Shown piece after piece: positions 12,296-25,199 of a DNA stretch of 64,000 nucleotides. Where the stretch lies: NCBI GenBank assembly GCA_050084985.1, contig JBITNC010000002.1, positions 5,394,001-5,458,000 on the forward strand. Direction: 5' to 3'. A program made the position numbers and the translations under genes. This stretch comes from Nageia nagi. Its lineage: Eukaryota; Plantae; Pinophyta. A model generated the notes under the pieces. That model did no database searches. It was not told where the DNA came from and saw nothing but the letters and a program-made list of their open reading frames with translations. Numbering within the stretch: the first letter of the stretch is position 1; the number at the start of each line of letters is the position of its first letter.

Positions 12296-13440
12296 AGAAG
12301 GGTGGAAAATTGAATTATGGGACAAGCCAAACATATTGGGTATCTCTGTCTAGCTGACGTAGATATAGCCTTACCCTTGGGATCAACAAATTCATATTTG
12401 TACGTCAACCCCTTACATTCCTTTGACGTTGTCTTAGAAATGGATTGATTGAGATCCAAAAAGGTAGTCATTAGCTTCCAGGAAAGAGGGTTGGAGAAAA
12501 CCAACGGAATGGGTAACAGTTTATGGTTGCACAGCCATCGACAACCTGTCCAGCCTAGGGTATCCATTGCTCTTCAGCTTAGGAACGCTCAAAAAACAGG
12601 CAATCAAATATTTGTAATCTGTCTAAATAAGGCCTCAAAGTACGAGAACAAGATATGTTAAATAAATACCCAATAGTGCATCTTAGAGAATTTCTACATG
12701 AAACTATGCACATCTTTGTTTGGTTGAAGGGCTGCAAAAGGGTCTTTGTGGTGTTGAAAGAAAAGCTGATCATTGTGCGCATCTTGAACCCCCCTGACCT
12801 GCTTGGACAATTCATTGTATGCACCGATGCCTGGAGGAACTCGATGAGGTTCCAGTGCAAGATGGGGCCATAGTAGAGTATGAGTCGATAAAACTCAAGG
12901 ATCACAAAAGAAATTACCCTAGTCATGATCACAGGCCTTGAAAATGTGTCGACAATATTACCTCCTAGGGAGACCTTTCAATTTACAAACCAATCATTAG
13001 AGTCGTTGAATATGACTTTGGGGTAGCATACATAAAAGGAAAGAAAAACAATATACTAAATGCCCTCAGTAGGCATCGACACCTATGTGCCTTGACCCGA
13101 GCTTAGTCTAACTTGATAGAACAAGTTTTAGAAGGGCAATATAATGACCCCTATTGTAAGGAAATACAGGACAAAATAGAGCGAAACTTGAACTCATCAT
13201 TCGAATTTGCTCTAAAAGATGACCGATTTCTATATTTTAAAAATAGAGTACTTGCGTTGAAGGGTTGCAAAAATTGACACTAAGATGCATAACACGCCTT
13301 ACTTAATGCAACTGGTATCACCAAAATGAAAAAAAAAAGGAACTACTTTTGGTTGGGCCTAAAATAGGACATTGTAAACTATGTGTCTCGATGTCTCAAG
13401 TGCCATCAAGTGCAGGTTGAGCACCAGCATCTTGCAAGTA
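12296..13440 (+). mobile_element. Degraded, internally deleted Ty3/gypsy pol (protease, RNase H, integrase zinc finger; RT core missing)
   Basis: FDVVLEMD*L resembles the protease motif YDVVLGMDWL. Also FVVLKEKL..PDLLGQFIVCTDA, EYDFGVAYIKGKKN..NALSR, and DIVNYVSRCLKCHQVQVEHQ. Confidence 0.8.
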
Positions 13441-14142
13441 AATTATACCAGCACAAAAGATTGTGCATTATCCATAAGACACTCTTCATGCAACTCCACG
13501 TCATCTTGGTGGTCTTCAAACAAGTAATCTACCAATTTGGAGTGGTCTTCAACACAATATTCATCATTCTCATAGAATGATCCTTCAACAATTGTCTCTT
13601 CAATGAGGCATTATTCGTTTTCATCAACATGCATGCTTCCTAAACATGCTATTCCCACAACTTCTTTCTCTTCATTAAAAAGAGATTCATCAACACAATT
13701 TTTCTTTACATCATATTCTCACTCTATAAGAAAGAATTCACCATAACAATTTTCCATGCCTTCATCACAAGACAGACTCCAACAATGAGTTTCTCACAAC
13801 AATCTTCATTATAACTTTCTTCCATGAAAAGAGTCTCACAAGCTTCAACACAAAGGCTCCTCAAGGATGCAAGGCTTCCCCCTTGCTCATACAATCTTCA
13901 CACGCAAACTCACAAGAGTTCCCAAAAACATCTTGCAATCTTTTCTATTGTATTCATTTGCATATCTCTTTGCTGCTGAAAGAATTCATTGACTTACAAC
14001 GTAAGTTTAGATGTGTGGCTTGATGTGTGATTCAGTGTCGAGTGACCACCATAAACACTACCCTGCATACAAAGCGGATTTCCTTTCCAGATTGGATCTC
14101 TATTCTTTGGATTAAGATAATGGTTGATGGAAAATGTATTTG

Positions 14143-14235
14143 GTTGTGATATCTTGGATGCAATAGGAAGTACGTGCGTTTCATCTTGTTGTGATACCTT
14201 GGATGCAATAGGAAGCATGAGTGTTTCATCTTGTT
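14143..14235. repeat. 45-bp tandem duplication
   Basis: GTTGTGATA(T/C)CTTGGATGCAATAGGAAG...GTTTCATCTT occurs at 14143 and 14188. Confidence 0.85.
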
Positions 14236-14759
14236 TTGATGTGCAATTTTGACTGAAACTGCACTAGGCAAGTAGTCCTTCGAGACTAAGGCTGTCCTGA
14301 TGCTTATTACAATAGATGTCCTAGATTGTCTTATCCAGCGGGATTAGGCAACCCTACTTGAGTTTTTGGACATGGCAGATGAATGAATTTAAAGTTCACA
14401 CTTAGTCAAATGAGGAATTTTTTTGTAACTGTATGTATTTTGATGTAGCATCAGTAATGACAGAAGTATTGCAACATGTACAATGATATGTAACCATGAA
14501 ATCTGTACCAATATATATCATAAATCAAAGGAGAAATATATAATTATGTAGTTTCATATTGGATGGTCTATTTAAATATGGATGTCTTATAGTTGTGAGG
14601 GTATTGACTATTAGACGAAAGGAGTAATGATGCAAGTATGTTACCTATTTAAGAGATTTACAGAATGTTTTAATGTAAAACCATTATTTGTATTACCAAT
14701 TGAACTCTGTTGTGTATAGGTTACTGCATATTTAACTGCCATTGTAAATCTAACTTTAG

Positions 14760-15860
14760 AAAAAAGGAAGAAAATATATTAATATCCACCAGTGACCGAA
14801 AGCAGTCAATTGGATTGGAGTATAAATGAGTGGTGAAGCAGCAATCAGGGCCCAATATGTTCCCCACTAAAGCTAAAACCAACCAAAAGTTACAATAAGG
14901 GGTCGAAACCCTAGAAGCAAGAAGAGAATACAAAAAAGAACCCTATAGTGCCGAGGGCAGTCAAGAAGAGTCTACTTGAGGACAAGCTAAGGGAGAACGT
15001 GAAGACGCTCTCAATGGTGTTGCCATGATGGGATCTCCCTGATCTCTAGAATATGAGCCCGTATCATCTCAAAAGAAGGATGTAATTTGTCGAGTCCTCA
15101 AAGGAATCTAGGTATCATGTAGGTGCCTCCTTGTGCATCGAATAGGGGGTAGAGGTTCATCTCTCACCCTCTTATGAAACCCCTCATCCAAGGAATTTTG
15201 GAAGAAGGATGTAATGCGGTGGTCTCTACTCTGGTGTTGGGTGTGCGATAAGAGGCATCTTTAAAGAAGGAAAGCCTCCCATAGGTAGAGTGCTACACAT
15301 CTCTGGTTTGTATACTGAAAGGAGGAAATCAATGCATAAGAGTCTCGAAAGATACAAAGGTACCATCCTCAAATCTCATAGTTGACTGAACATCAAAAGA
15401 TGAAATGGTTCTCAAATTCAATCTCTATTGAACATAAGTAACAACTTCTAAGCTCGTTAGCTAGATGGTGATCTATCTCAATCCAAAACTAGTGTGAGAA
15501 AACCCGGAAATGATCAAGAAACATCCTCAAACCAAAAGGTAGGTGCAAACTAAAATATGCAAGGGCAAGAATCAAACCTCTATCGATTCAAATGAAGTGT
15601 TGGGAGTAGTGGAGTAACTTGGGTGTGAAGGGTGACTCAAGTGCTATAGATATATGCTCTTTAATTTGTCTCACAAATCGACATCAATGAATCATCAAAG
15701 AGTGTAGACGAACCCCGCATAGAGGTAGATAGTCAATCATATGAAAAACTAAGTCGTTGTAATTCATTAGAGACCCCAATGAACCAGCACCAACGGCAAC
15801 CTTGTGCTACTAACTCCATTGAGGAGGCCAAGCCCTTGGCAAGGAGTCTATCAACCTCGG
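14760..15860 (-). mobile_element. 5'-truncated second copy of the LINE family seen at 200-3709
   Basis: Collinear similarity with 200-1250. Example: GAAAATATATTAATATCCACCAGTGACCGAAAGCAGTCAAT versus GAAAATATATTAATGTCCTCGGGTGACCAAAAGCAATCAAT. The peptide EAFLLxRCLL..RITSFF..RDEP..ITSFF is shared. Confidence 0.8.
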
Positions 15861-17364
15861 CAATTGGTACTGTAAAGCCATGAATGCATCGAAGGAAACA
15901 TGGACACACTGCATAGGATTTGGGGATTAATGCAAGATAGCCATTGTATTGTTTCAGAATGGTAAGTATGGTATGAATATAATATTTCATTATTGTAATC
16001 TTAGAGAGCTAAAGTAGTTTCCATATGAACTTAGGTATGAATGAACGCAAGTTGGTGAAAGAGGTGTTAAGTCTAGCTAATGATTTAATAGTAGTGCCAT
16101 ATACACATTTCAAAAAAATATGAGGTTACTGGCTTGACCCTAAGTGGATCATTACACTTAATTAGTTTCAAGGTTGTCATAACAAAGTGTGTTGAAACTT
16201 GAGCCCCTCCAACATATTTTAATAAAGCAAAGTTGCTTCTCAATTATCTGATATAGGGATCAGAAATGTGACTAAAAACACAGCTATTCTAGGTACAGAT
16301 GTATGAGGTTAAAAAAAGGTTCATTTTATCCAGTGAAAAATATTTACAATGTAGATCGCATGCCTTTGATAATTGCAACATTACATATGTGCTGAAAGAG
16401 TTTGGTAATTAATAAAGGATGATATTCAAATTTCAGCTTCAGGATATGAAGAGTTTTCAGTTACAAATCAATTTCTCTTGAAGTTGGAACACCAATAGAC
16501 TTTCCACAAGCCTTTCAGGAATTCAAAAGTCACCAAACATATTTTATTTAATAAATGGGTTAACTTTTAATTCAATCCAAGAAGGTTGGAAGAAGAAGAG
16601 AGGATACCGTGAACTCAGCTAGCAACCATGCAACAGAACAGTCCTCTACACAAAGATCATAGCAGAAGACATCTCTATATCTCAGAGAAATACCACATTG
16701 TACACAAAGACATCTTTAGAGAGAGACATTGTTGTACAATATACATAGTTGTATGAGCACTTCTTAGTTTATGGATGTTCATTACTTACAACACATCAGG
16801 CTCATGAAGTTAATCTGTTGAATCCAGATTTAGCCCACCAATCCAGAGAAGTAAAAGTGCATGATGTGTTTAATGCTTATTGATTATTCATGCTTCTGAA
16901 GTATTTAATTCTGGTTGTTGCACAGCTGTTTAGATGTTTAAAAGTATTCTGAGCCAATGGTGAAGATACAATTCTAAATCTATCGTTTATATACTTTTCT
17001 AATATTCTTCACAAACATTAAGACACATGGCATGAAGTTTGTGAGCTCCCCTTAATGCATTTGTGTATCTAATTTTCCATCTAATCCAGTTTTGCTTATG
17101 TGTGTAAAAGTTTCCTGAGTAGTCAAATGCTCTAAGCTACATTCAAATATCTAAGCTATCAGTATACAGAAATGTTTTGGTTCACGAAATTGAATTTGAA
17201 AATATAATATATACCCTTAGTTATAGGATGTATACTAGGAGTTGTACATTGTAAGTCTCAGGTAGAAATCTGGAGAAGCAACAGCCAATAGGGCATGACA
17301 AAATGATGAAGGAATTGCTGGATGTGTAAATCTACAAGCAAATGTTTGAAATTTATTAAGTGGT

Positions 17365-17366
<2 letters not shown>

Positions 17367-17402
<36 letters not shown>
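17367..17402. repeat. (TA)18 microsatellite in intron 2
   Basis: Perfect TA run. Confidence 0.95.
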
Positions 17403-17407
<5 letters not shown>

Positions 17408-18234
17408 AGTTAACTATCATCCAAAATAGAGCGCAGGCTATAGTCCTTTGCAGGAAGGAGATAATGGACAAAATTTAAGACCTAAGATCACACAGTAAGC
17501 TATTCAAACAACCCTGCTCAGCTGAGGAGAAGAATTTCCCTTACACAGTTGAAAAGTGATGAAAAACATGTTAGACATTCACCTGATGGTGTAATGGACT
17601 TCCTCGATATTTGAATGTACATGGATAGCTTAAGCAGTAAAATGGATGTTAGAAGGTGACTGAACTTGTACTTCTGTACACCAGTGCAAATCATATTTCT
17701 GTCTTTTTAATTTCCATACATTATGCAAATTTTCTGCCTGGTTATGCATCTTGATGGCGACATGGTTGAGATATTATACCTAGAAATAGATTGTTATATA
17801 GCTCCATATAATTTCAACTGCAAGGTACTTAAAGGATCAGAAACTAAAGTATCTTTTACAAAGGACAGCTACAGGAGCACCAAATGTTAGCGAAAAATGT
17901 CTTGCAAAAACAATATGTGAGCAAGGCTTGCCAAATTAACTTCTAAGAGGTTTTGTAATAAATAGAAAAAACTACTGAAGAATTATAAAATACAAGCCCT
18001 TCACATTATACTCCATGCAAACACTTATTTCAACTCATTCCCATACCCCGCATAACTAGCACTGAATAAGGTCAGTTTCACCAATTGAGAATGTAAAAGT
18101 CAAGATAAACAGATTTTCCAAAGTCTTCCAGAAAAACCAAGTTTGGATGAGGGAAAAACCAATGTAAGCTGTGTCCCTCCCTATAATCATACCATTCCCT
18201 TACTCTAGTATATATAAACCAAAGGTATACATAC

Positions 18235-18476
18235 TCATGAGATTAAGAAGACGAAATGGAGCTAAATTGAGTTTGATCTTTGGTAGAGAGACAAACGCCC
18301 AAGTTGCTGTCCCTACCCATGGCTCTGAGGGAATCAACCGCAATTTTACCCACAACTCTCCATCAACATCTAAATCTCGCACTCCAACAGGGATCATTAC
18401 AGGCATGAACCCAAATCTTAACGAAAGCATCAATAACATGCGAGCTCCACCTGTATAACGTAGACCAATCTGGTAC
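18235..18476 (-). CDS. NTMC2T5: Exon 2 of NTMC2T5-like gene (SMP domain)
   Basis: tcAG|GTACCAG...ATGA|GTATGT. Encodes YQIGLRYTGGARMLLML...DGELWVKLRLIPSEPWVG..WAFVSLPKIK..LAPFRLLNLM. Length 242 nt, phases consistent with neighbours. Confidence 0.93.
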
Positions 18477-19688
18477 CTGAGATGAACATCAAAGTGAATA
18501 TGAAAACACATACATCATTCATATGAAAAAGGTAAAGATTTCCAAGTATAATAATAAAAAATGAAATCTTAGTAAAAGAAACATGAAAATTTTATCCCAA
18601 TCAAATCTAAGCTCACAATAGTATTGCTCCAAAGTGGGAACCAGAAATATGAAATAAGAGCAAAAAGCAAACCCCTAGCATACAAGTGCACACAATAATG
18701 GTGACAAATTAAAACATATAATAAATTCAAAATCATTACAACAATGCCAAGAGGAATTCACCAAAGGAAAGGTAAGCAGCAACTCCTCAAGCAAATAGTT
18801 GGTGCACAACACAACACACTTTTGAAAAAAAAAAGAACAGTTCTAGGAACAAGAATGATGAAGCATCATACAGAACATGGTGTATTATGAGATGTGTGTA
18901 TGTAGAGAGAGAGAAAGAGAAATACATTTGACTGAAATTTTCCACATCTTTAATGAATGTTTTGAAAAGTTTGTGATCTCTCTGTTATAATTAATAATAA
19001 ATTGTATTTCATATCCTATAGTCAAAGTTAAGATTTTCGTTTTGTCCTTAAATTACTAAAAGTAAACCTCATTTAATCTCCTATGTTAAGAAGCAGGGAA
19101 TTAGGTGCATAGTTCAAGTTGGTTATAGTAGGTCAGAATATCATCAATTCTAACTGCAAATTATGAAATTTGTGTATCACAGTTATGAGATTCGGTGAGT
19201 ATTTAGTTTATTTGCTGAATCAGGCTGAAAGCACTGTTGCTGAAAAAATCGACAAAAATCGTATGTAGAGAACTATGCAATTTTTACTGAATAATTGGCA
19301 ATGCGCAAATTTTCGCCTGCGTTGCAAAAAACAGGGACAAGGTCTAAATGCAATTTTTGTTTTATTTGTTTTTACATTTTCACTTCCAAAACAGAGGAGC
19401 AATCATTAGAAGACCAAAATACCACAGAGCTGAGAGCAGAAGAGAAATGTAGGACTGTAGCGACATCAAAATCAAGATTCCCTTGTTAATATCTGTAAGT
19501 CTAATAAACATAAGTTTTTCTATTCTAAGGCTGTGTTTTTCTTTTTTAGGGCTGCACTTTTCTTCTTGTAGAGATGTTTTTTTTCGTTGTGATTTTCTTT
19601 TTTTAAAAGCTGCATTTTTCTTTTCCTATGACTGTATTTTGTTTTTTAGGGCTGTATTTTGATGCAGTTTCCAGTTTAGGTGGAGAAA

Positions 19689-20618
19689 ATGAGCATACAA
19701 AGAGACCCTAGATGGAAATACTGCAAGGAGGGGGCTAGGCAATTGAAATGCAACTATTGTCGCAAAGTCAAGTGTGGTGAGATCAACCGTGTAAAATTAA
19801 AATACCACCTTGCCCACATTTCAAGCAAGGATGTGGAGATATGCCCAACATGCAACTAGAGGTAGTGGGATAGATGAGCACCTACCTTGAGAGTTTTTTC
19901 AAGGAGGAGCAAAAGTAGAAATCAAAGGCAGAAAAAGGTAGCACTTTAGCATCTCCACCTTTTGTACCTTTTGCCATTCATAGTAACATTGGGCCTAGGT
20001 CCCATCATGCTTCTAGAACTGATTGTAACTCACACTCACAATCTGTTGTTAGTTCATTTTGTGTTCCTAGAAACAGTCCAATTGGCCAACAATCCTTCGA
20101 GGTAACTCGTTGGAACAAGGACATGCATGCAACGGAAAGAAAAGCAATAGCAAATTTATGGTATTTTACAACATTCTAATTAATGCTGAAAACTCACAAT
20201 ATTATGATGTTATGGTGAACACTTTGATAATTTGTGCCAACATGTGATAACTATAGAGGATCTCATGTAGCATATGTGCATCTATTTATTGAGGAGCAAA
20301 AACAATATGGGTGAGGAAGGGCTGAACTATTATGTTTGCTAGGTGGATAGATGGAAAATGTTGAACACTCATCAATTTTTTGGTTAATTCAACAGGGGGA
20401 CTAGTATTTTTAAAATCAGTAAATGCATCCAACAAAATAAAAACAGGAAGAAACTTGTTCACCTTGTTCCAGGATGCAGTATTGGAAGTTGGGCCACAAA
20501 AAGTGGTTCAAGTTGTGACCGACAATACAAGAACATATATGGCAGCAACAAAAAGAAGTTTCCTACCATTTTTTTGATTCCTTGTGGAGCCCATTGCATT
20601 GACCTTATTTTAGAGGAT
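19689..20618 (+). mobile_element. Degraded hAT-superfamily transposase fragment (BED finger + DUF659-type region) in intron 1
   Basis: RDPRWKYC..KCNYCRK..GEINR..KYHLAH is a BED zinc finger. Also LVNSTGGLVFLKSVNAS, EVGPQKVVQVVTDN, and PCGAHCIDLILED. Truncated on the right. Confidence 0.85.
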
Positions 20619-22076
20619 CCAAGGGGTGGCTTGTCTCATTCACAGGCACCTCTTGATCTTCTAGTCCCCTACCTGAAAGCTGAAATCCAATAGTAGACTA
20701 TGATAGTGGGAAGTGCTTGTTCTGGGCTTTCATGAGTCTTAGTGAGAAAGCCAAGGTCCCAAGAGGACATCAAATCCTAGGAGGTACTTAGAGAAGACCA
20801 CACTACACTATTACAATTCTAGCAAACAATATCAATGCCACTACTCATTGAGGCTCACGAGCACCTTCATTTAGTCAACCATGGGGCATGCCCACCATGA
20901 GGGGGGTGATTCACATATCAATGCTCTACAGTTATAGATTACAACCCATTTGTTTTCTTTTTTGGTAGTCACAACTAAGGCGTGGGCCTTGTGGAGCTAT
21001 TCCATTTGAAGTCTTGTGAGATATTCATCTAAGTAAATTTTATGTAAGAGAGAAATAATTTTTTTTTTGCTCTCAAGGCCAATAAACAATCCCCTGTTGA
21101 TAGGAAATAGATAATTATGGTGTCCTCAGAAGTTGTCCAAGCTTTCTCCAAAAAAATGTTTTTCAAGTCTACAGTATCATGCAAAAAAAGTGTGACCAAA
21201 CTATATATGAGTGTTGGTTTTAGGGAGGCCACAAACTCAAAGATTGAGTTCCTTGGTATGGCATAACCTCTCTTCTTCAAATTTAGCTTGCACTGCCATT
21301 TCAACAACAGGAGTCTTCTTACCTTTGAGCACTTGCACCCACAAATTATGTTCTTCCACCTGCTTTTGGATAGATTGTTGTTGGGCAGTTGTTTCTTGCT
21401 TCATATGTTCCTATTGCGTAATAAACTTTGAAGTCCTAATTTAGGTAGTTACACTGTTTTAGTACATCGATTCTGAGAGATTAGAAGAGATGTTTTTGTT
21501 AAATTTATATCACAAAATTTAGAAGGCTAAATTTTCATGTCCCTCTAAGCACATTATCAGTTCCTAGGGTGAAATTTGGGAGTAGAGGAAAGGGAGGAAC
21601 AGGGAGATTAAACTTATGTATTCTTTTAACTAAATTACTGAAAAAGATTGAGCAATTTTATATATTAAACAGTTCAGGTAAAAACTTGGGTCATGTCAGA
21701 CAATTGTTGGGATGCAAATAGTGAGCATTGTGTAGGTAGTATGTGCATAGTTGTGAGGTTCACAATCTTGTGTCTTCATTATGAAGTCTAGGTGGATGTA
21801 GTCAGATAGGCAAGTATTAGGTAAACATCATGCAAATAAGAAGAAACGAGACAGAAGTCAAATTATCCTCCCTTTATACCTCTTATATCAAGAGAGATAC
21901 ATCAAACATTGCATGTGACAATTTAAATAATCATCATTAACATGACGAACATAATGTAAGAGATGAAAATGTAAGCGATGGAGTGTGCCAAATCTCTTCT
22001 ATATGCAGTAATGAATATGCATTAATTCTATAATCATGTTATATGCATAAAAAAGGAATCAGAGATATATACTAAC

Positions 22077-22939
22077 TGCAAATCATTAGCACGGCGAGAA
22101 GTCCTCCGCTCCACACTTCTCACTGAGATAGGCTCCTCCCCTAAGAAAAATTGCTTGATTTCCACTCTTTGCACATAAGAAGGTTTTTGTAGATTGTCTA
22201 TGACAGGTTGAAGAAGCCCAACCAACCAATTCTCTAATCCAGGTCGATATACCTTCCACAACTTCCCAAGCACCATGTTCACCCATTCTACCGACTCTTT
22301 CCTCTGCAAATCCTGTTCAAGAAACTGAGAAAGGCTTGCAGGTACTTGAGGCCTAATACCACTTCTAACCTCCTCGGCAACCTGTTTATTATTCTTATTC
22401 ACCTTCCTTGAAGTCCAGACCTTGTCAAAGACAACCCCCACTAAGAAAAAAAATCCAAAAAGGGATACGATGGTCCGAGAGAGAGGAAGTGAAGGTATGG
22501 GTGCACTGTGCAAACTGCCAAGCTGCGTGCTCAATTTGTACACAAAGGGGTCATCTTGCGCACTAGTTGCAAAGGAGAATGTAGCAGGCTTCTGATCAAA
22601 ACCACCTTGCTTTCTCTCCAATGGTGTTGGAGTTGGGGTAAGTGTTTCTGTAGACAATTCAGAAGAGTCCTCTTGTGACCTTATTTCCACCTTCCCTAAT
22701 GCATGAGCGCTTCTCTTTGTTGCATCCACAATGAACGAGGGTTTACCTTTATTCTTGTCATCTAAAAAACAGGCTACTAGACTCCATGGCCCAATATTTG
22801 CCCTAAAATCATAAATTAACCCCTTTGACCTATACACAAGCCCAGTTTTAGAATTTCTTGGTTTTCTGCAAGGTTCTAACTCCAAAGAAAACAGACAAGG
22901 AAGAACTGCTGACGTGGCAGAAGCCGGTTGCACGAACAT
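22077..22939 (-). CDS. NTMC2T5: First coding exon of NTMC2T5-like protein (transit-peptide-like N-terminus, TM helix, start of SMP domain)
   Basis: ATG at 22939. TM segment IVSLFGFFFLVGVVFDKVW. DLQRKESVEWVNMVLGKLWKVYR...QRVEIKQFFLGEEPISVRSVERRTSRRANDLQ is characteristic of plant NTMC2T5/tricalbin-like proteins. Donor CA|GTTAGT at 22076. Confidence 0.92.
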
Positions 22940-23024
22940 TTAAATGATAACTATAAATTTGCCCTAATATCAATTTGGGCTTTAAATTTATCATGAAATC
23001 CGATAAACATGGAAATAGTTGGCC

Positions 23025-23411
23025 CTGCACTCCTCTTTATTGAAAATAAATTTCATTAATTGTTTTTCTATAAAAGACAATGTTGTTTATTATGTTTTCC
23101 AATACCCTGAACTTTCCCAAGATCCATACTTCAAGTCCTGACCATCATTTTTCTGCCCTGTTAACAAAATTTTAAACTGAATTTCTCCCAGGTGAACTGT
23201 TCCAATCTCGTCCAAGAACTTATCATATAATAGCCAAAGCTTTACATCATACTATACCAAAATTTCGAAACCCCTCCAACAAAATCTCCCAAAATTGTGA
23301 CCTAGCTCGCACAAACTTCTATTTTTTACATACCATAAGATCAATTCATTCTCATACAAACATTTAAATGCTGTTTTTTTCTGAACAAGTGCGAAAATAT
23401 ATCAGACTTAC
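23025..23411 (-). other. Putative 5'-UTR intron of the NTMC2T5-like gene
   Basis: Strong donor CAG|GTAAGT at 23411 and candidate acceptor TGCAG| at 23025. No transcript evidence. Confidence 0.45.
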
Positions 23412-23680
23412 CTGATTCTACCCCAAATCTTAACAAAAATTGAGGCGCCCTGACAACTTTACTCCATTCCATGATTTATTTCACACAATTATATACTTCA
23501 AAATTTGGTATCGTAAGATTCCAGACATAAGCTGCGTTTCTGACCAGTAATTGCATGTGAAAAATTTCGTTCATTTTAGTCAAAACATGTTTTTTTTTCC
23601 AATTTTATTCTTAGTTTTTGGATGTTTTTAAATTGATGGAGCGGAAAATCTTTCGTGGAGAGAAAGGGCGGAGGGAGAAA

Positions 23681-23692
23681 TGACACGTGGCA
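23681..23692. promoter_or_regulatory. G-box/ABRE (TGACACGTGGCA) in the presumed proximal promoter
   Basis: CACGTG core at 23684-23689 with optimal flanks, just upstream of the putative non-coding first exon. Confidence 0.5.
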
Positions 23693-25199
23693 TGAGCCGC
23701 TGTTGGGATTTCCAATCGTTGAATTACAGGTGGCATAGAAATGCGTTTGTGTTTGAGTAATCCATTAGTTGAATGACACGTATGATGTCATGCAATCTTG
23801 ACATGGATAAAGCCCAACCCAACGATATTCATAGTTAAGTAGTGGGTATTATAACATATACATCTAAAATTTTATTTTATTCTAGTAGATCATCAATGAA
23901 GTTCGTGATAATGAATGTGAAAGTTTTAATTTAAATTTGATCAATCTTGGAATGTCAAAAAAGCAAAATGTTAAATTATTTTAAATGAAATTAAATGTAA
24001 AATTTTTTGTGATTTTATAAAGAGATATTTTTATCTTATTAGTATGAATGATTTTTAATAAAAAATGTATTTTTATTAATTTTTGTTTTTGATAAAAGGG
24101 TAAATATTTATCAAAAAAGTGTTGGGTTTTAATAAGATTTTAATCTATGGAGTTTTTGTAAGGTCCGAAAATATGTTACATGGATGGTAATCTTATTGCT
24201 ATGCAACTATTAGTTGTATGTGGTTTAGATGCAACTATATTGTTGACGATTTACTCCTTTATTACAACTCTCTTACAACAAAATTGTTATAGTCTCACTT
24301 AAATTTCATCATGTTCTTATGTCGATTCTATCTTGTAAATCTCATAGATCTAATATTGTTACAAACACCACTCAAGGTACCGAAAGAGCAAAGAAGGTAT
24401 GTTAGACATGGGGAATAATGTGTTTGTCCCTAGCAATTGAACCCTCGACTCTTAGGAGGTCTCTCTCTTCATAACTCCTTCCTTCCATTTCCATTTTGAA
24501 GGGCTATTAACAACAGCGAGATGCATTCATTTTCACATAATCCTTTGAAGCTAATTAGGTCACAAACATCGACACTCCAGCTTTAGTTCTAAGCTTCACT
24601 CATAGAAAACTTACTATGCGAAAAGTAGAGGGTGTCGAAAGTGCACATATCTTTTATATGATTCACGTCTTCGTTTGTCATCATGATTCAAATCTTCACT
24701 TAATTATAGTCCATGGTCATCGTAATACAAGTCTTCGTGGAGCATCTCTGATCATACCAATAAATCTTATATTCATTGCCTCGCATCACACATGGATTAG
24801 GGCAATTATACTTCGAATTTGGGCACAACAAGGTCACTTGCAATTACGTGCATAGGCGACCCTTGTGTTTTTATTAATTTAATTTTTTTATTATTTTATA
24901 ATTATTAAAAAAAATATTAGAATTAATTTTGTATTAATTTTAATAAGAAAAAAGGTGATAACAACTTTATTTTTGTAAATTTAAATTTTGATATTAAAAT
25001 ATTAATCTATTTTTATTTTAAGTGGTGATAATTTAGGTTTACATCTTTGTTTTGATAACTTTGCAATTAATCATTCATTAAAAACTATAATATTATTAAA
25101 TTTATTGGATCATTTGAAATAATCGATAATAAAACATGAAATAAATATTTATGAAATTATCTTATTATTTCAACTATTTTATTTCTTTGATGGTAGTTA

